A stretch of DNA of 64,000 nucleotides from Steroidobacteraceae bacterium (lineage in GTDB: Bacteria > Pseudomonadota > Gammaproteobacteria > Steroidobacterales > Steroidobacteraceae): assembly GCA_046347045.1 (NCBI GenBank), contig JAXMGX010000002.1, positions 136,124 to 200,123 on the forward strand, written 5' to 3'. Of this stretch, positions 1 to 11,115 are shown one piece after another. A program made the translations under genes and the position numbers. Positions within the stretch are counted from its first letter, which is position 1; every line of letters starts with the position of its first letter. The notes beneath the pieces are model-generated. The model searched no databases. It was not told where the DNA came from and saw only the letters and a program-made list of their open reading frames with translations.

Positions 1-362
1 CGAACCGGCCCTACAAGGCCGGCTGGGATCCGGCTGAATCGCTGGCGCGGATGGCGAGCTGGAAGGGCCAGTTCGACGAGGAGGTGCTGAAGGCCTTCAT
101 CAAGAGCCTTGGCATCTACCCCACCGGCTCGCTGGTGCGACTGACGTCCAACCGCCTCGGCGTGGTGGTGGAACAGAACGCGAGCAAGATCACCTCTCCC
201 AAGGTGAAGGTGTTCTTCTCGCTCAGCAGCCGCTCGCAACTGCTGCCCCAGCTAGTCGACCTGGCGCAGCAGGGTTGCACCGACAAGATCGTCGGCCGCG
301 AACCGCGCGAGAACTGGCCCTTCGAGAATCTCGAAGACCTCTGGCAGGCCGCACACGCCTGA
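1..362 (+). CDS. HD-GYP-type phosphohydrolase domain protein, C-terminal fragment (5' end outside window)
   Basis: Frame open from nt 3. Translation NRPYKAGWDPAESLARMASWKGQFDEEVLKAFIKSLGIYPTGSLVRL resembles the conserved tail of HD-GYP domains. Stop at 360-362. Confidence 0.6.
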   Translation, partial: NRPYKAGWDPAESLARMASWKGQFDEEVLKAFIKSLGIYPTGSLVRLTSNRLGVVVEQNASKITSPKVKVFFSLSSRSQLLPQLVDLAQQGCTDKIVGREPRENWPFENLEDLWQAAHA

Positions 363-449
363 GCGCGGTTGCGGGCAGCGGCGGTTGCATCGACGCCGGC
401 GGCATGTACTAGAGTAGCCCTCGGGGAATCCATAGCGCCGGGGGGCGAC

Positions 450-2453
450 ATGTCCAATCGCAGAATGCTGGCCGCACTGGCCCTGATGTGGGCGGGGCTG
501 CCTGCGTTGTCATGGGCGGCCGATGGCACCACGCCCGGCCGGCTGGTCATCGATCCGCCGACGCTGGTCTCGCTGGGTTTCGCCTGGCCCATCGACGGCG
601 ACGACAATCGCAATGCGCAGGTCAGGATCGAATACCGCACGGCAGGTGCAACGGCGTGGCGCCGCGGACTGGACCTGCTGCGCACGCAACGCGAGGAAAT
701 GTTCCTGCGCTTCGCCTACGACGTGACCCTGCCCAATCACTTCGCGGGCAGCCTGTTCGACCTGACTGAAGACACCGAATACGAGGTGCGGCTGACGCTG
801 TCGGATCCGGACGGCGTGAACGGCGCGGCCGTGCAGACCGTGAAGGTGCGCACCCGGCCCGAGCCCCGGCCCGCCAGCGGCGGCCGCGTATTCCATGTAT
901 ATCCGCCGGGCTTCAAGGGACCCACCGAGCAACCCGCCTTCTTCGGACTGCTGGCGGCGTACTACATGGGCTCGCTGGGCGGAGACTGGAGCCGCGCTTC
1001 GCCGCCGCGCGTTCGCCCCGGCGATGTCATCAAGGTGCATGCGGGCGTCTATCTCAGCAAGCACGATCACTACTCGCACGAGATCAACTCCGGCTTCACG
1101 ACCTGCTGCGGCACGCCCTGGGACGGCACGTACTACCTGGCGCAGAAGGGCACGGCCGAAAAGCCCATCACGATCGTCGCGGCCGGCGACGGCGAGGCCA
1201 TCTTCGATGGTGACGGCAACACCGTGCTGTTCAATGTGATGGGCTCGCAGTACCACTACTTCGAGGGCCTGACCTTCCGCAATACCGGCACCGTGTTCGA
1301 AGCCGGCATGAAGGACATCGCCGGCAGCGTCGGCCTCACGGTGAAGCGCTCGAAGTTCAGCGACATCGGCACTGCCGTGCACTCGGACTGGTCCGGGTCG
1401 CGCAACTTCTACATCGCCGACAACGACATGCTGGGCCGCGAATCGCTGGACCATGTGTTCACCTGGTATGGCATCGCGCCGTGGGTGAACCGGCCGGACT
1501 TCGCCGAGCGCGGGAAGATGAAATCCTTCTACGCCGTGTCGATCTACGGCGGCGGGCACGTGATGGCGTACAACCGGGTGCGCGGCTTCCACGATGCGCT
1601 GGACCATGCCACCTACGGCTCACCCGATGGCTGGCCCGACACGCCGGCCGATCGCCTGCCCGCGGGCATCGACATCTACAACAACGACGTCAGCGTGATG
1701 CACGACAACTGCTTCGAGACCGATGGCTCGGTGCGCAATGTGCGCGTGATGCGCAACCGCTGCTTCAATGCCGTGCTGGGCGCGATGAGCCCGCAGCCGG
1801 TGTTCGGCGGGCCGGTGTATTTCATCCGCAACGTGGTCTACAACGCCTGGTGGGGTCCGGTGAAGATCCACGGCGAGCCCTCGGGGATCTACTACCTGAA
1901 CAACACCTATGTGGGCGAGTTCCGGCAGATCATGCCAGCCTCGAACATGCACCTGCGCAACAACCTGATCCTGGGCCAGGGCACGCAGCAGCGCGTGTTC
2001 TCGGTCGACACCTTCACCAACTACAGCACTTCGGACTACAACGGCTTCCGGCCGAATCCGGGGGCGGCGCAGTCATTCGCGTGGAATTCGCCGCCGTTCA
2101 CCGAAGTGCGCAATTTCTATCCCGCGCGGCGCGCCGAGGGGCTCACCGGCCAGACGGCGCCGCTGGTGCAGCGCGCCTTCGCCACGCTGGCCGAATACTC
2201 GAAGGCCACGGGACAGGACCTGCACAGCCGCATCATCGACTACGACGTGTTCGTCAATGCGAAGCAGCCGGACTTCAGCGATCCCACGCATGTGGTGGAT
2301 GTGGACTCGGTGGACCTGAGGTTGCGCAAGGGCGCAGCGGCCATCGATGCGGGCGTGGCGCTGCCCAACATCACCGATGGATTCCTCGGCAAGGCCCCGG
2401 ACCTTGGCGCCTATGAGTTCGGCGCACCACTGCCACACTACGGCCCGCGCTGA
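450..2453 (+). CDS. secreted right-handed beta-helix repeat protein (pectate-lyase fold), function unknown
   Basis: ATG at 450 gives the signal peptide MSNRRMLAALALMWAGLPALSWA. Asn/Asp/Gly-rich repeat turns (NNDVSVMHDNCFE, MRNRCFN, LRNNLILG). C-terminal APDLGAYEFG motif is common in beta-helix proteins. Confidence 0.7.
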   Translation: MSNRRMLAALALMWAGLPALSWAADGTTPGRLVIDPPTLVSLGFAWPIDGDDNRNAQVRIEYRTAGATAWRRGLDLLRTQREEMFLRFAYDVTLPNHFAGSLFDLTEDTEYEVRLTLSDPDGVNGAAVQTVKVRTRPEPRPASGGRVFHVYPPGFKGPTEQPAFFGLLAAYYMGSLGGDWSRASPPRVRPGDVIKVHAGVYLSKHDHYSHEINSGFTTCCGTPWDGTYYLAQKGTAEKPITIVAAGDGEAIFDGDGNTVLFNVMGSQYHYFEGLTFRNTGTVFEAGMKDIAGSVGLTVKRSKFSDIGTAVHSDWSGSRNFYIADNDMLGRESLDHVFTWYGIAPWVNRPDFAERGKMKSFYAVSIYGGGHVMAYNRVRGFHDALDHATYGSPDGWPDTPADRLPAGIDIYNNDVSVMHDNCFETDGSVRNVRVMRNRCFNAVLGAMSPQPVFGGPVYFIRNVVYNAWWGPVKIHGEPSGIYYLNNTYVGEFRQIMPASNMHLRNNLILGQGTQQRVFSVDTFTNYSTSDYNGFRPNPGAAQSFAWNSPPFTEVRNFYPARRAEGLTGQTAPLVQRAFATLAEYSKATGQDLHSRIIDYDVFVNAKQPDFSDPTHVVDVDSVDLRLRKGAAAIDAGVALPNITDGFLGKAPDLGAYEFGAPLPHYGPR

Positions 2454-2459
2454 AACGCT

Positions 2460-4004
2460 TCAGACGAGCCAGCGGCCCAGGTGCGCGGCAATGCGCGCCG
2501 CGTCGCCGGCCGTGGTGCGACAGGCTACATAGCCGTCGGGCCGGATGAGGTACAGAAGGTCTTCCCTGCCGGCGCCATAACGGCGCGCCAGCTCTTCGCC
2601 CGCCGGCAGCCGATGCGATGCCAGCAATGGCGCGAACCTTGCCTGCAGCGCGTCGAGTGTCGTCGCAAGCGCCGCGGGATTGCCTGACGATCCGGGCACG
2701 CCCAGCAACGAATAGCCCGTGGTGCGCGTGGCGGCAAACAGCCGGCGCCCATCGGCCAAGTCCACATCTGGCGCGCGGTCGCCCGGCCGCGGACCCGACG
2801 AAAGCGAATCCGTGCCCTGCTCCGCCTGCTCGCGATACGTGTAGGAAATGCCCGAGCAGCGACCGACGACGGCGTCGAGGAACTGCGGATCGCTGATGCG
2901 CGCGGTACGCTCGGCAATGCTCTTGCCATGACCCATGAAGATCTCGTGCAGCGCTGAAGCGGCCCAGATCACCTGCGAAGCGATGGGCTTGCGCTCGGCT
3001 TCATAGGTATCCAGCAGGGATTCGCGCGCGCGGCCCTGCAGCACCAGCGCCAGCTTCCAGCCCAGGTTCCAGGCATCCTGCAGACAGCAGTTCATGCCCT
3101 GTCCACCCGACGTGGAATGCACATGGGCCGAATCGCCCGCGAGGAAGACATTGCGCGAACGGTAGGTGTGCGCCAGGCGCACGCGGCTCTCCCACTTCGA
3201 ATGCCACACTACCTCGCCCAGGCGCACGCCATCGAAATGCTGGTCGATGACCCGCATGAAGCCCTGCTCCGGCGTCACATCCGGCGCGGCGGCCTCGCCA
3301 CGGTCGCTGAGCAGCAGCCGGTGGTAGCCGCCGGGCAGCTTCACGATCATCACGAAATGGCCGAGGCCGGTGCAGTAGTGCACGTACTCGTCGGTATCCG
3401 GAAAATCGTGCAGGAAGGCATCGAGGTTCTGCATGACCGAGCCTTTGTAGTCGCTCTCGTCCTGCAGCAGCTTGAGCGAACGCCGCACGCGCGAATTGCC
3501 GCCATCGCAACCCACGACGTAGCGGGCCTCGATGACCTCGGTGCGTCCGTCCGGATGCTGCACGCGCGCCCGCGCGCCGCCGTCGACATGTTCGACATCG
3601 ACCAGCTCGGAACCCCACTCGGTGGACTGGCCGTGCTCGGTGCGCAGGAAGTCGCGCAGCACCCCCTCGGTTTCGTGCTGGCCGTGCACATACAGGCGCG
3701 GGTAGCGGCAATCCAGCGTGGTGAAGTCGAGGCCGGGGCGCACTTCGCTGCGCCGACCCGCATCATCCACGAAATGCAGTACATAGCCCTTGCTGGGCAG
3801 CGCGCGCGCAAAGTAGCGATCGAGCAGCCGCTGATCGAGGCGCTCCATGATTTCCATGGTGCGCGCATGGAGGGTGACCGCGCGCGAAGTGGGCGCGGGT
3901 CTGGGCAACCGGTCGATGGAGCGCGTCTGCACTCCCCGCCGCGCCAATTCCAGATGCAGCAGAGTCCCCGCCGCACCGCCCCCGACGATGAGCACCGGAA
4001 TCAT
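2460..4004 (-). CDS. FAD-dependent aromatic-ring monooxygenase (PheA/TfdB-like)
   Basis: Start at MIPVLIVGGGAAGTLL (GxGxxG dinucleotide fold). FLAGDSAHVHSTSGGQGMN FAD motif. Length about 514 aa. The ORF-track N-terminal extension was discarded. Confidence 0.85.
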   Translation of the reverse strand: MIPVLIVGGGAAGTLLHLELARRGVQTRSIDRLPRPAPTSRAVTLHARTMEIMERLDQRLLDRYFARALPSKGYVLHFVDDAGRRSEVRPGLDFTTLDCRYPRLYVHGQHETEGVLRDFLRTEHGQSTEWGSELVDVEHVDGGARARVQHPDGRTEVIEARYVVGCDGGNSRVRRSLKLLQDESDYKGSVMQNLDAFLHDFPDTDEYVHYCTGLGHFVMIVKLPGGYHRLLLSDRGEAAAPDVTPEQGFMRVIDQHFDGVRLGEVVWHSKWESRVRLAHTYRSRNVFLAGDSAHVHSTSGGQGMNCCLQDAWNLGWKLALVLQGRARESLLDTYEAERKPIASQVIWAASALHEIFMGHGKSIAERTARISDPQFLDAVVGRCSGISYTYREQAEQGTDSLSSGPRPGDRAPDVDLADGRRLFAATRTTGYSLLGVPGSSGNPAALATTLDALQARFAPLLASHRLPAGEELARRYGAGREDLLYLIRPDGYVACRTTAGDAARIAAHLGRWLV

Positions 4005-4063
4005 CGTCGGAGTGTAGCGGCTCGGATGGACAATGGGCGCTGCGATTCCCGGGCCGCCTGGAA

Positions 4064-5302
4064 TCAGGGCCCCTGGAAACCCAGGTCGCGCCGCGGCGGC
4101 ACCCATGGACTTGGCTTCGCGCAGTGTGCCGGGTCCCGGCCGTCGATCAGCAATTCGGCAAAACCCGGGCCGTTCTCGCGGTCATAGCGCAGATCGCCGA
4201 GGATCCAGCCCCGCGGCGATTTCGCCGCGAAGGGCGCGCGCAGGAAACTTGCAAGCCGCTGCGCATCGCAGCTTCCCGTGGCCAGTGCGGCGAGCGAACG
4301 CCTGTCCATGGTGTACTCGCCCGTCCAGTGCATGCCAGACGACACCGGCCGGTTCATGACGCGCAGGGGTGCCGTGCCCGCATTTTCAGGCAGCCGCGAA
4401 CAGCGGCGTCCCGACTCCGAAGCCAGGTGCAACTGCCCGATGCGGGCCACATAGTCCTCGCCCTCTTGCTGCAGCAGCATCACATCCCAGCACAGCGGGG
4501 TTGCGGGTGCCGGAGACAGCACCAGATCCAGCGTCGAGGCGCCCGGGAATTGCCGCGCCGCCAATGTCTCGACGCGTCGGACGACCACCGCATGCGCCGC
4601 TGCGAAGGCACCCATCACCGCACACAACAGCACCACCGACAACAGTGACGCTGTCCGCGGCGTCACGCGCCTGGAAATCCACAGCAACAACGCGGTGACC
4701 AGTGGCAGGCCCAGCCAGGTGAGCACGGACCCATGCAGTGCCGCCACGGTGACGCAGCCCAGGCCGAGCACCAGACCCAGGAAGATTCGCGCAGGCCGCC
4801 GCTGCAGCGCGAAGAACAGCGGCGTCGCGGCCAGCCAGCACAGGGGTTCGACGATGAATACCGCATCGCCGTAGTACCAGCGGTTGTTCCAGGGCCAGAA
4901 GGGATGAACGCCATATTCGTTCATCGCGTCCATGCCCAGGTGCAGCATGACGGACAGCAGCGCCATCGCACCGAACAGCACCACGTCCGGTGCGCGCAGC
5001 CGATGGCGACGCGAGCGCAGCAACAGCAACGTGCCCGCGAACAGCAGCACGGCCAACAGGACACAACCCAGCAGCGTGTGCGTATAGCCGCGATGCTGAA
5101 CCAGATAGGTCAGGCGGTCGCCGGTGAAGATCGGCATGCTCCACAGCAGGTCGGCATCCGGCAGGTTGCCGCCGATCATCCCGGTCAGCAGCAATGCGGT
5201 GCGCCGGACCGGTGGCGCGAGACCACGGGCTGGCGCAGGCGCGCAGCGCGCCACGGCCTCGCCGGCCACGAGGCCGATCAGCGTGTGGGTGAGATTGTCC
5301 AC
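4064..5302 (-). CDS. membrane-bound metal-dependent hydrolase (YdjM/DUF457-like N-domain) with extra C-terminal domain
   Basis: [17 protein letters not shown]-terminus and several hydrophobic segments with conserved His/Asp ([18 protein letters not shown]). Confidence 0.65.
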   Translation of the reverse strand: MDNLTHTLIGLVAGEAVARCAPAPARGLAPPVRRTALLLTGMIGGNLPDADLLWSMPIFTGDRLTYLVQHRGYTHTLLGCVLLAVLLFAGTLLLLRSRRHRLRAPDVVLFGAMALLSVMLHLGMDAMNEYGVHPFWPWNNRWYYGDAVFIVEPLCWLAATPLFFALQRRPARIFLGLVLGLGCVTVAALHGSVLTWLGLPLVTALLLWISRRVTPRTASLLSVVLLCAVMGAFAAAHAVVVRRVETLAARQFPGASTLDLVLSPAPATPLCWDVMLLQQEGEDYVARIGQLHLASESGRRCSRLPENAGTAPLRVMNRPVSSGMHWTGEYTMDRRSLAALATGSCDAQRLASFLRAPFAAKSPRGWILGDLRYDRENGPGFAELLIDGRDPAHCAKPSPWVPPRRDLGFQGP

Positions 5303-5309
5303 ACCGGCA

Positions 5310-6689
5310 TCAGCACTCGATGACGTTGACCGCGAGGCCCCCGCGCGAGGTTTCCTTGTACTTGGTCTTCATGTCGGCGCCAGTCTCGCGCATGGTCTTG
5401 ATGACCTTGTCGAGCGACACATAGTGCGTGCCATCGCCCCGCAGCGCCATGCGGGCAGCGTTGATGGCTTTCACGGCCGCAATCGCGTTGCGCTCGATGC
5501 AGGGAATCTGCACCAGCCCGCCCACCGGATCGCAGGTCAGGCCCAGATGGTGTTCCATGCCGATCTCCGCGGCGTTTTCCACCTGCGCTGGTGAACCGCC
5601 GAGCACGGCGCACAGCGCGCCGGCCGCCATCGAACAGGCCGTCCCCACCTCGCCCTGGCAACCCACTTCGGCGCCCGACAGCGAGGCATTTTCCTTGTAC
5701 AGGATGCCGATGGCCGCGGCCGTCAGCAGGAAATCGCATACGCCCTGCTCGGTTGCACCGGCGATGAACCGCGAGTAGTAGTGCAGCACCGCCGGAATGA
5801 TGCCGGCCGCGCCATTGGTGGGGGCGGTGACCACGCGGCCGCCCGCGGCGTTTTCTTCATTGACCGCAAGCGCATACAGATTCACCCAGTCGAGCACCAC
5901 GAGCTGGTCGCGCAGCGCCGCCTCGGGATTGCTGGTGAGCTGCGCATGCAGGTCGGGCGCGCGTCGCTTCACCTTGTATCCGCCCGGCAGCACACCCGGC
6001 GTGGAGCAGCCGCGCTTCACGCATTCCTGCATCACCTTCCAGATGCGGGCGAGTCCGGCATCGATCTGTGCATCATTGCGCCAGGCGCGTTCATTGCGAC
6101 GCATGATGGCCGCGATGCTCAGCCGCTCGCGCTGGCATATGCCCAGCAACTGTTCGCCGGTGGTGAAGGGATGCGGCAGCACGGTGGCATCGGCGACGAT
6201 GGTCTTTTCCCCGGCATCGTCGCCGCTGACCACGAAGCCGCCGCCCACGGAGTAGTACACGTGCTCGGCCAGCACGACACGCGCGGCGTCGAAGGCAGTG
6301 AAGCGCATGCCGTTGGAATGCAGCGGCAGGGATTCGCGCCGGTTGAACAGCAGGTCGGCCTTTTCGTCGAAATCGACGGCGTGGCGCCCCAGCAGCCGCA
6401 CCTGACGCGATTCGCGCATGCCCGCCAGCAGCGCGGGCACGGCCTCCACATCGACGGTGTCCGGCTCATGGCCGGCCAGCCCGAGCAGCACCGCCTTGTC
6501 GCTGCCGTGCCCCTTGCCCGTGGCGCCAAGAGAGCCGAAGAGCTCGGCGCGAATCCGCGCAGTGGCGTCCAGCAGCCCGGTGTCCGCCAGACGGACCGCG
6601 AACAGCCGGGCCGCGCGCATGGGTCCCACGGTGTGCGAACTGGAGGGACCGATGCCGATCTTGAAGAGGTCGAAAACGCTGACGGCCAT
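5310..6689 (-). CDS. sdaA: L-serine ammonia-lyase (iron-sulfur L-serine dehydratase, single chain)
   Basis: N-terminus [24 protein letters not shown]. 459 aa, collinear with SdaA/SdaB. Confidence 0.93.
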   Translation of the reverse strand: MAVSVFDLFKIGIGPSSSHTVGPMRAARLFAVRLADTGLLDATARIRAELFGSLGATGKGHGSDKAVLLGLAGHEPDTVDVEAVPALLAGMRESRQVRLLGRHAVDFDEKADLLFNRRESLPLHSNGMRFTAFDAARVVLAEHVYYSVGGGFVVSGDDAGEKTIVADATVLPHPFTTGEQLLGICQRERLSIAAIMRRNERAWRNDAQIDAGLARIWKVMQECVKRGCSTPGVLPGGYKVKRRAPDLHAQLTSNPEAALRDQLVVLDWVNLYALAVNEENAAGGRVVTAPTNGAAGIIPAVLHYYSRFIAGATEQGVCDFLLTAAAIGILYKENASLSGAEVGCQGEVGTACSMAAGALCAVLGGSPAQVENAAEIGMEHHLGLTCDPVGGLVQIPCIERNAIAAVKAINAARMALRGDGTHYVSLDKVIKTMRETGADMKTKYKETSRGGLAVNVIEC

Positions 6690-6726
6690 GCCGATGATTA
6701 TCGGCGGCCGCCAGCGGACGCGCCAC

Positions 6727-7398
6727 TCAGTCGGCGCGACGGATGCTGATGACCTTCACTGGCTCTGCCAGCATCTGCCCCTTCATCGATCCATCGCCCG
6801 CCTGCTCGGACTTCGGCAGATCGAGCATGGCGCGCAGCACGGGCAGGCCGTCGGTCACATGTCCGAAAGCCGCATAGCCCACGTCGGGGCCCTCCGGCTT
6901 GGCATCCAGCGAAGTGAGGTCGCCCAGCACGAAGAAGAAATCCGCCGTGGCGGTACCCGGCTCGCGCATCGCCATGGAGATGGTGCCATCGAGGTGCGAA
7001 AGACCGGTGACCTTGGTGGATTCATGCGCGATGGGCTTGTAGATCAGCTTTGGATTGCCGCGCAATCCGGCCTGCATCAGCCCGTACTGCCCGTCCTCGC
7101 TGATCTTCACCGCGCGATAGAAGGTGATGCCGTCGAAGCGCTTCGCATCCACATAGCGGAGGAAATTCGCCACCGTCACCGGTGCGCGATCCTTCTCGAG
7201 CGCGATGCGCACATCGCCGCGCGCCGTGTGCAGCACCACATTCACCAGTGCGGGCGTAGCGGGTGGCGTGGCGGCAGCGGCCGGGACAGGGGGCGCGGTT
7301 GCAGGCGCAGGTAACGGGGCTTCCTGTGCGTAGGCCAGCGGCAGCGTCAATGCCACGAGGACAAGCGCGCGATGCAGCGTGTTGCCGAACATGTTCAT
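6727..7398 (-). CDS. periplasmic cyclophilin-type peptidyl-prolyl cis-trans isomerase
   Basis: Start [24 protein letters not shown] (signal peptide). Cyclophilin-like core (FLRYVD...[28 protein letters not shown]). Confidence 0.8.
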   Translation of the reverse strand: MNMFGNTLHRALVLVALTLPLAYAQEAPLPAPATAPPVPAAAATPPATPALVNVVLHTARGDVRIALEKDRAPVTVANFLRYVDAKRFDGITFYRAVKISEDGQYGLMQAGLRGNPKLIYKPIAHESTKVTGLSHLDGTISMAMREPGTATADFFFVLGDLTSLDAKPEGPDVGYAAFGHVTDGLPVLRAMLDLPKSEQAGDGSMKGQMLAEPVKVISIRRAD

Positions 7399-7702
7399 GG
7401 CGCCATTGTGCACTCCGGCGCGGCGGGTTCTCAATTCCTACTGTCGCATGCGGCAGCGGATTACACGCCCTATGCAGGCGTGTTCGCACACTCAATCACG
7501 TTTATGTGCATGAGCCACGACATCCTTTACCGACAGTGGTTCAGTGGACCGGTTCCCGCGGCGCCGCAGCGGCCCTGCATTGATCGATGCGGGCACAGGC
7601 GCCCCATCGCGGGCTGCCGCCGCAAGGTGGTCGGTCGATCCCTGGCGGTACTCACCCGCACGATGGCGTGGCGATACGCAAAGACAAGGGCGCGGTGACC
7701 CC

Positions 7703-7864
7703 ATGATCCGAAAGCTGCCTTCGGGACAGTTCAGGCTGTATTCGCGCAAGGTGGATCCGCGCACCCTGCGTCGCAGGAATCTGGGTACCTTCGCCACACT
7801 GGACGAAGCCAAGCAGCACGAGCGCGAAATCCAGCGGTTCAAGCGGGAGCACGCGCCGCGCTGA
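7703..7864 (+). CDS. small hypothetical protein (53 aa), possible AP2-like DNA-binding fold
   Basis: ATG at 7703. MIRKLPSGQFRLYSRKVDPRTLRRRNLGTFATLDEAKQHEREIQRFKREHAPR has a beta-beta-beta-helix pattern like AP2 domains. Sits in an otherwise empty 440-nt gap. Confidence 0.45.
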   Translation: MIRKLPSGQFRLYSRKVDPRTLRRRNLGTFATLDEAKQHEREIQRFKREHAPR

Positions 7865-7874
7865 GACCCCGCAA

Positions 7875-9176
7875 CTACTGCAGCAAGCTGCGCAACATGG
7901 CCACTTCGGCGGTGATGGCCGTGCGCAATGCAGGGTCCACATCCGGCGCAAACTGCGGTGAATGATTCGAGGGCAATCCGGCGCCGCCGTGGCGGGCCGC
8001 CGCCAGCAGCCCTGGGTTGGCGCCGCCCAGGAACATGAAGAAACCCGGAATGCCCTGCGCCACGAATTCCGAGAAGTCATCCGAAGCGGACTGCGGCGCC
8101 CCGCTCACCACATTCTCCTTGCCCAGCGCCGTCTCCAGCACGGCGCGCATGCGGTCCGTCAGCGCCGGATCGTTGTAGACCGCAGGCGTGCCATGGGCAT
8201 GATCGATCAGCGGCGCACGCGGGGCACCGGCCATCTGCGCCTGGGCATTGATGACACGCGCGATGGAGTCGACCATCCTGCTGCGCACCTCGGGCGAATA
8301 GGTGCGCAGCGTGAAGCCGATTTCCGCGTCATCGGGAATCACGTTGTTCTTGGTGCCGGCATGGATGTAGCCCACGCTGAGCACGGCCACCTCGCCTGAC
8401 TTCACTTCGCGCCCGGGAAGCATTTCCAGCGCCTCGACGGTGCGTGCGGCCATCAGCACCGGATCGATGGTGGTGTGCGGCATGGAACCATGTCCGCCCT
8501 TGCCGTAGAGCACCACGCGATACGCGTCGGAGGCCGCGGCCATGTTGCCCGCCAGCACGCCGACCTGACCCGCAGGCTGATCATTGCCCACGTGCAGCGC
8601 CAGCATGGCATCGGGGCGGCCGAACCTGTCGAACAACCCCTGCTTGATCATGTCCGATGCGCCGCTGACGGTTTCCTCGGCGGGCTGGCCCACCAGCATC
8701 AGCGTGCCATGCCAGCCACTGCGATTCTTCGCCATGACGGCGGCGGCGCCCACCAGCGCGGCCATGTGCAGGTCGTGCCCGCACATATGAGCCACGGCCA
8801 CATCCGCGCCGCTGGCGTCCTTCACGCGCACCTTGCTGGCATACGGCAGGCCGGTCTTCTCTTCGATGGGCAGCGCATCCAGTTCCGTGCGCAGCATGAT
8901 GGTCTTGCCGGCACCGTTCTTCAGGATGGCCACGATGCCGTGACCGGCGACGTTTTCGGTCACGGTGAATCCCAGCGCCCGCAACTCGCCCGCAAGTCGC
9001 GCGGCGGTATTCACTTCGGCGCCGGAGAGTTCGGGGTTCTGGTGCAGGTGGGTGTAGAGCTGACGGGCGCGCTGGAATTCGGATTCAAAGTCGGCGGACG
9101 CTGGTGGCGGGGCGCCGGCAGCGAGCAGCAGCGGTGACAGCAACAGCCAGGCGGTCGATGCGAGGCGGATATTCAT
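7875..9176 (-). CDS. secreted M20-family amidohydrolase (hippurate hydrolase/aminoacylase-like)
   Basis: Signal peptide MNIRLASTAWLLLSPLLLAAGA. Motifs MCGHDLH, GQPAEE, GGHGSMPH are typical of M20D amidohydrolases. Confidence 0.85.
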   Translation of the reverse strand: MNIRLASTAWLLLSPLLLAAGAPPPASADFESEFQRARQLYTHLHQNPELSGAEVNTAARLAGELRALGFTVTENVAGHGIVAILKNGAGKTIMLRTELDALPIEEKTGLPYASKVRVKDASGADVAVAHMCGHDLHMAALVGAAAVMAKNRSGWHGTLMLVGQPAEETVSGASDMIKQGLFDRFGRPDAMLALHVGNDQPAGQVGVLAGNMAAASDAYRVVLYGKGGHGSMPHTTIDPVLMAARTVEALEMLPGREVKSGEVAVLSVGYIHAGTKNNVIPDDAEIGFTLRTYSPEVRSRMVDSIARVINAQAQMAGAPRAPLIDHAHGTPAVYNDPALTDRMRAVLETALGKENVVSGAPQSASDDFSEFVAQGIPGFFMFLGGANPGLLAAARHGGAGLPSNHSPQFAPDVDPALRTAITAEVAMLRSLLQ

Positions 9177-9225
9177 CGCGCGCTCTCCTGTTTCACTGCC
9201 GGCAAGTATCACACTTCGCAGGACG

Positions 9226-10125
9226 CTACGCCGCGAAATGAGCTTCCAGCTCCGCCACCAGCGGATGCATGCGGCGGCCGCGCGGGCGCACCAGGAACAG
9301 CGTCTGCTTCACCTCGTCCGTGCGCCCGACCACACGCAGGTGATTGCGATCGAGCACTTGCGATTCGATGGACGTGGGCACCGCAATCACACCCAGCCCC
9401 GCCTGCGCGAAACCCTCGAGCAACGCGCTGTCATCCACGTGTCCGGCGATGCGCGGCCGCAGCCGGTGGCGCGAAAACCAGGCCTCCAGCGCCTGACCGA
9501 TCAGCGAGCCGGGCGCGGAACCGGCAACGAAGGGTGCATCGTCCAGGCTGTCGGGAAATCCCGGCGCCAGCTTCGTGGCCAGCGTGCGCGCGGCAACGAA
9601 GCTCATGCCCGATGCCGCCACCTCCACACCGGCCAGGCCGCGCGTGAGGTTGCCGGGCACGGGCGCATCGGCCAGCATCATGTCGAGTTCGCCGGTGGCG
9701 ATGCGCCCCAGCAGTTCCGCCTGCGGCGCTTCCTCGCAGTTCAGCTCCAGATCGGCACGATGGCGATCGACCAGCGGCTGCAGCACGTGCAGCGTGAGCA
9801 GCTTGGGCACGCTGTCCATCACCCCCACTCGCAGCAACTGCTGGCGCGGCCGCGCGCGGCCCTTGAGCACACCGGCCAGTTCATCGCCCAGCGCGAAGAT
9901 GGCGTTGGCGTACTCCAGCGTGGTGGCACCCTGCGGCGTCAGCACCAGGCGGCGCCCCACCCGCTCGAACATGCGCTGACCCACGGCGTCCTCGAACATC
10001 CGAAGCTGCGCGCTCAAGGTCTGCGGCGCCAGGTGCAGGGTGCGCGAGGCCGCTGTCACCGAGCCCCGGCGGGCGATCTCGGCGAAGTAGCGCAGATGCT
10101 TCAGATTCAGGGCATTACGTTCCAT
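9226..10125 (-). CDS. LysR-family transcriptional regulator
   Basis: N-terminal HTH LKHLRYFAEIARRGSVTAASRTLHLAPQTLSAQLRMFE. About 300 aa with a LysR substrate-binding domain. Confidence 0.9.
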   Translation of the reverse strand: MERNALNLKHLRYFAEIARRGSVTAASRTLHLAPQTLSAQLRMFEDAVGQRMFERVGRRLVLTPQGATTLEYANAIFALGDELAGVLKGRARPRQQLLRVGVMDSVPKLLTLHVLQPLVDRHRADLELNCEEAPQAELLGRIATGELDMMLADAPVPGNLTRGLAGVEVAASGMSFVAARTLATKLAPGFPDSLDDAPFVAGSAPGSLIGQALEAWFSRHRLRPRIAGHVDDSALLEGFAQAGLGVIAVPTSIESQVLDRNHLRVVGRTDEVKQTLFLVRPRGRRMHPLVAELEAHFAA

Positions 10126-10232
10126 TCATCCTATTTTATAGGATAAGGATTGCGATTCTTTCTGGTTTTTCCTGCCTATGGGTGCAGGTAGACTGCCTTG
10201 TTTGAATCCGGGACCCTCCCGGGAGGATCTAC

Positions 10233-11114
10233 ATGAAACGTGTATTGCTGTTCGTCCTGACCAACGTCGCCGTGATGGTGGTGCTCTCGGCAGTGGTGTA
10301 CCTGCTGGGGCTCGACCGCTACCTGCGCGGCACCGGCGGCATGGGCGGACTGCTGGCGGTGGCCGCCATCTTCGGATTTGGCGGCGCGTTCATCTCGCTG
10401 GCCCTGTCCAAGTGGATCGCGAAGCGGTCCATGGGCGTGCAGGTCATCGAGCAACCCGCGAACGCAACCGAGAAGTGGCTGGTGGAAACGGTGCGCGCCT
10501 ATGCGAAGGAAGCGCATATCGGCATGCCCGAAGTGGGCATCTTCGAATCGCCCGAACCCAATGCCTTCGCCACCGGCGCACGCAAGGACGCCGCATTGGT
10601 CGCCGTGAGCACCGGCCTGCTGAACCGCATGCGCAAGGAGGAAGTCGAAGCCGTCATCGGCCACGAAGTGGCCCACGTCGCCAATGGCGACATGGTGACG
10701 CTGACGCTGATCCAGGGCGTGGTGAACACCTTCGTGTTCTTCATCGCGCGCGTGATCGGCAACATCGTCGACAACGCCACGCGCGGCAACAGCGAGCGCA
10801 GCGGCCCGGGCATGGCCTACTTCGTCACGGTGATATTCGCCGAGATGGTGCTGGGCATTCTGGCCAGCATGATCGTCATGTACTTCTCGCGACAGCGGGA
10901 ATTCCGCGCCGACCACGGTGGTGCGTGGCTTGCCGGCAGGCAGAACATGATCGGCGCGCTGGAGGCATTGCAGCGGCAGCGCGATCCCCACGGCCTGCCC
11001 GCCAACATGGCTGCCTTCGGCATCAATGGTGGCGTGCCCACGGGCCTGCGTCGGCTGTTCATGAGCCACCCGCCACTGGAAGAACGCATTGCAGCGCTGA
11101 AGGCCGCGGCCTGA
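10233..11114 (+). CDS. htpX: membrane zinc metalloprotease HtpX
   Basis: HEVAHV zinc motif, N-terminal TM helices, 293 aa, C-terminal SHPPLEERI. Confidence 0.93.
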   Translation: MKRVLLFVLTNVAVMVVLSAVVYLLGLDRYLRGTGGMGGLLAVAAIFGFGGAFISLALSKWIAKRSMGVQVIEQPANATEKWLVETVRAYAKEAHIGMPEVGIFESPEPNAFATGARKDAALVAVSTGLLNRMRKEEVEAVIGHEVAHVANGDMVTLTLIQGVVNTFVFFIARVIGNIVDNATRGNSERSGPGMAYFVTVIFAEMVLGILASMIVMYFSRQREFRADHGGAWLAGRQNMIGALEALQRQRDPHGLPANMAAFGINGGVPTGLRRLFMSHPPLEERIAALKAAA

Positions 11115-11115
11115 T

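Noticed and set aside
369-449. N-terminal extensions suggested by the ORF track for many genes (e.g. 369, 4106, 7434, 9212, 19896, 21494, 23248, 26202, 42061, 44300, 48086)
   Set aside because: Internal starts give canonical N-termini (signal peptides, GxGxxG folds, family-typical first residues) and often create ATGA/SD-supported junctions. The extensions are low-complexity.
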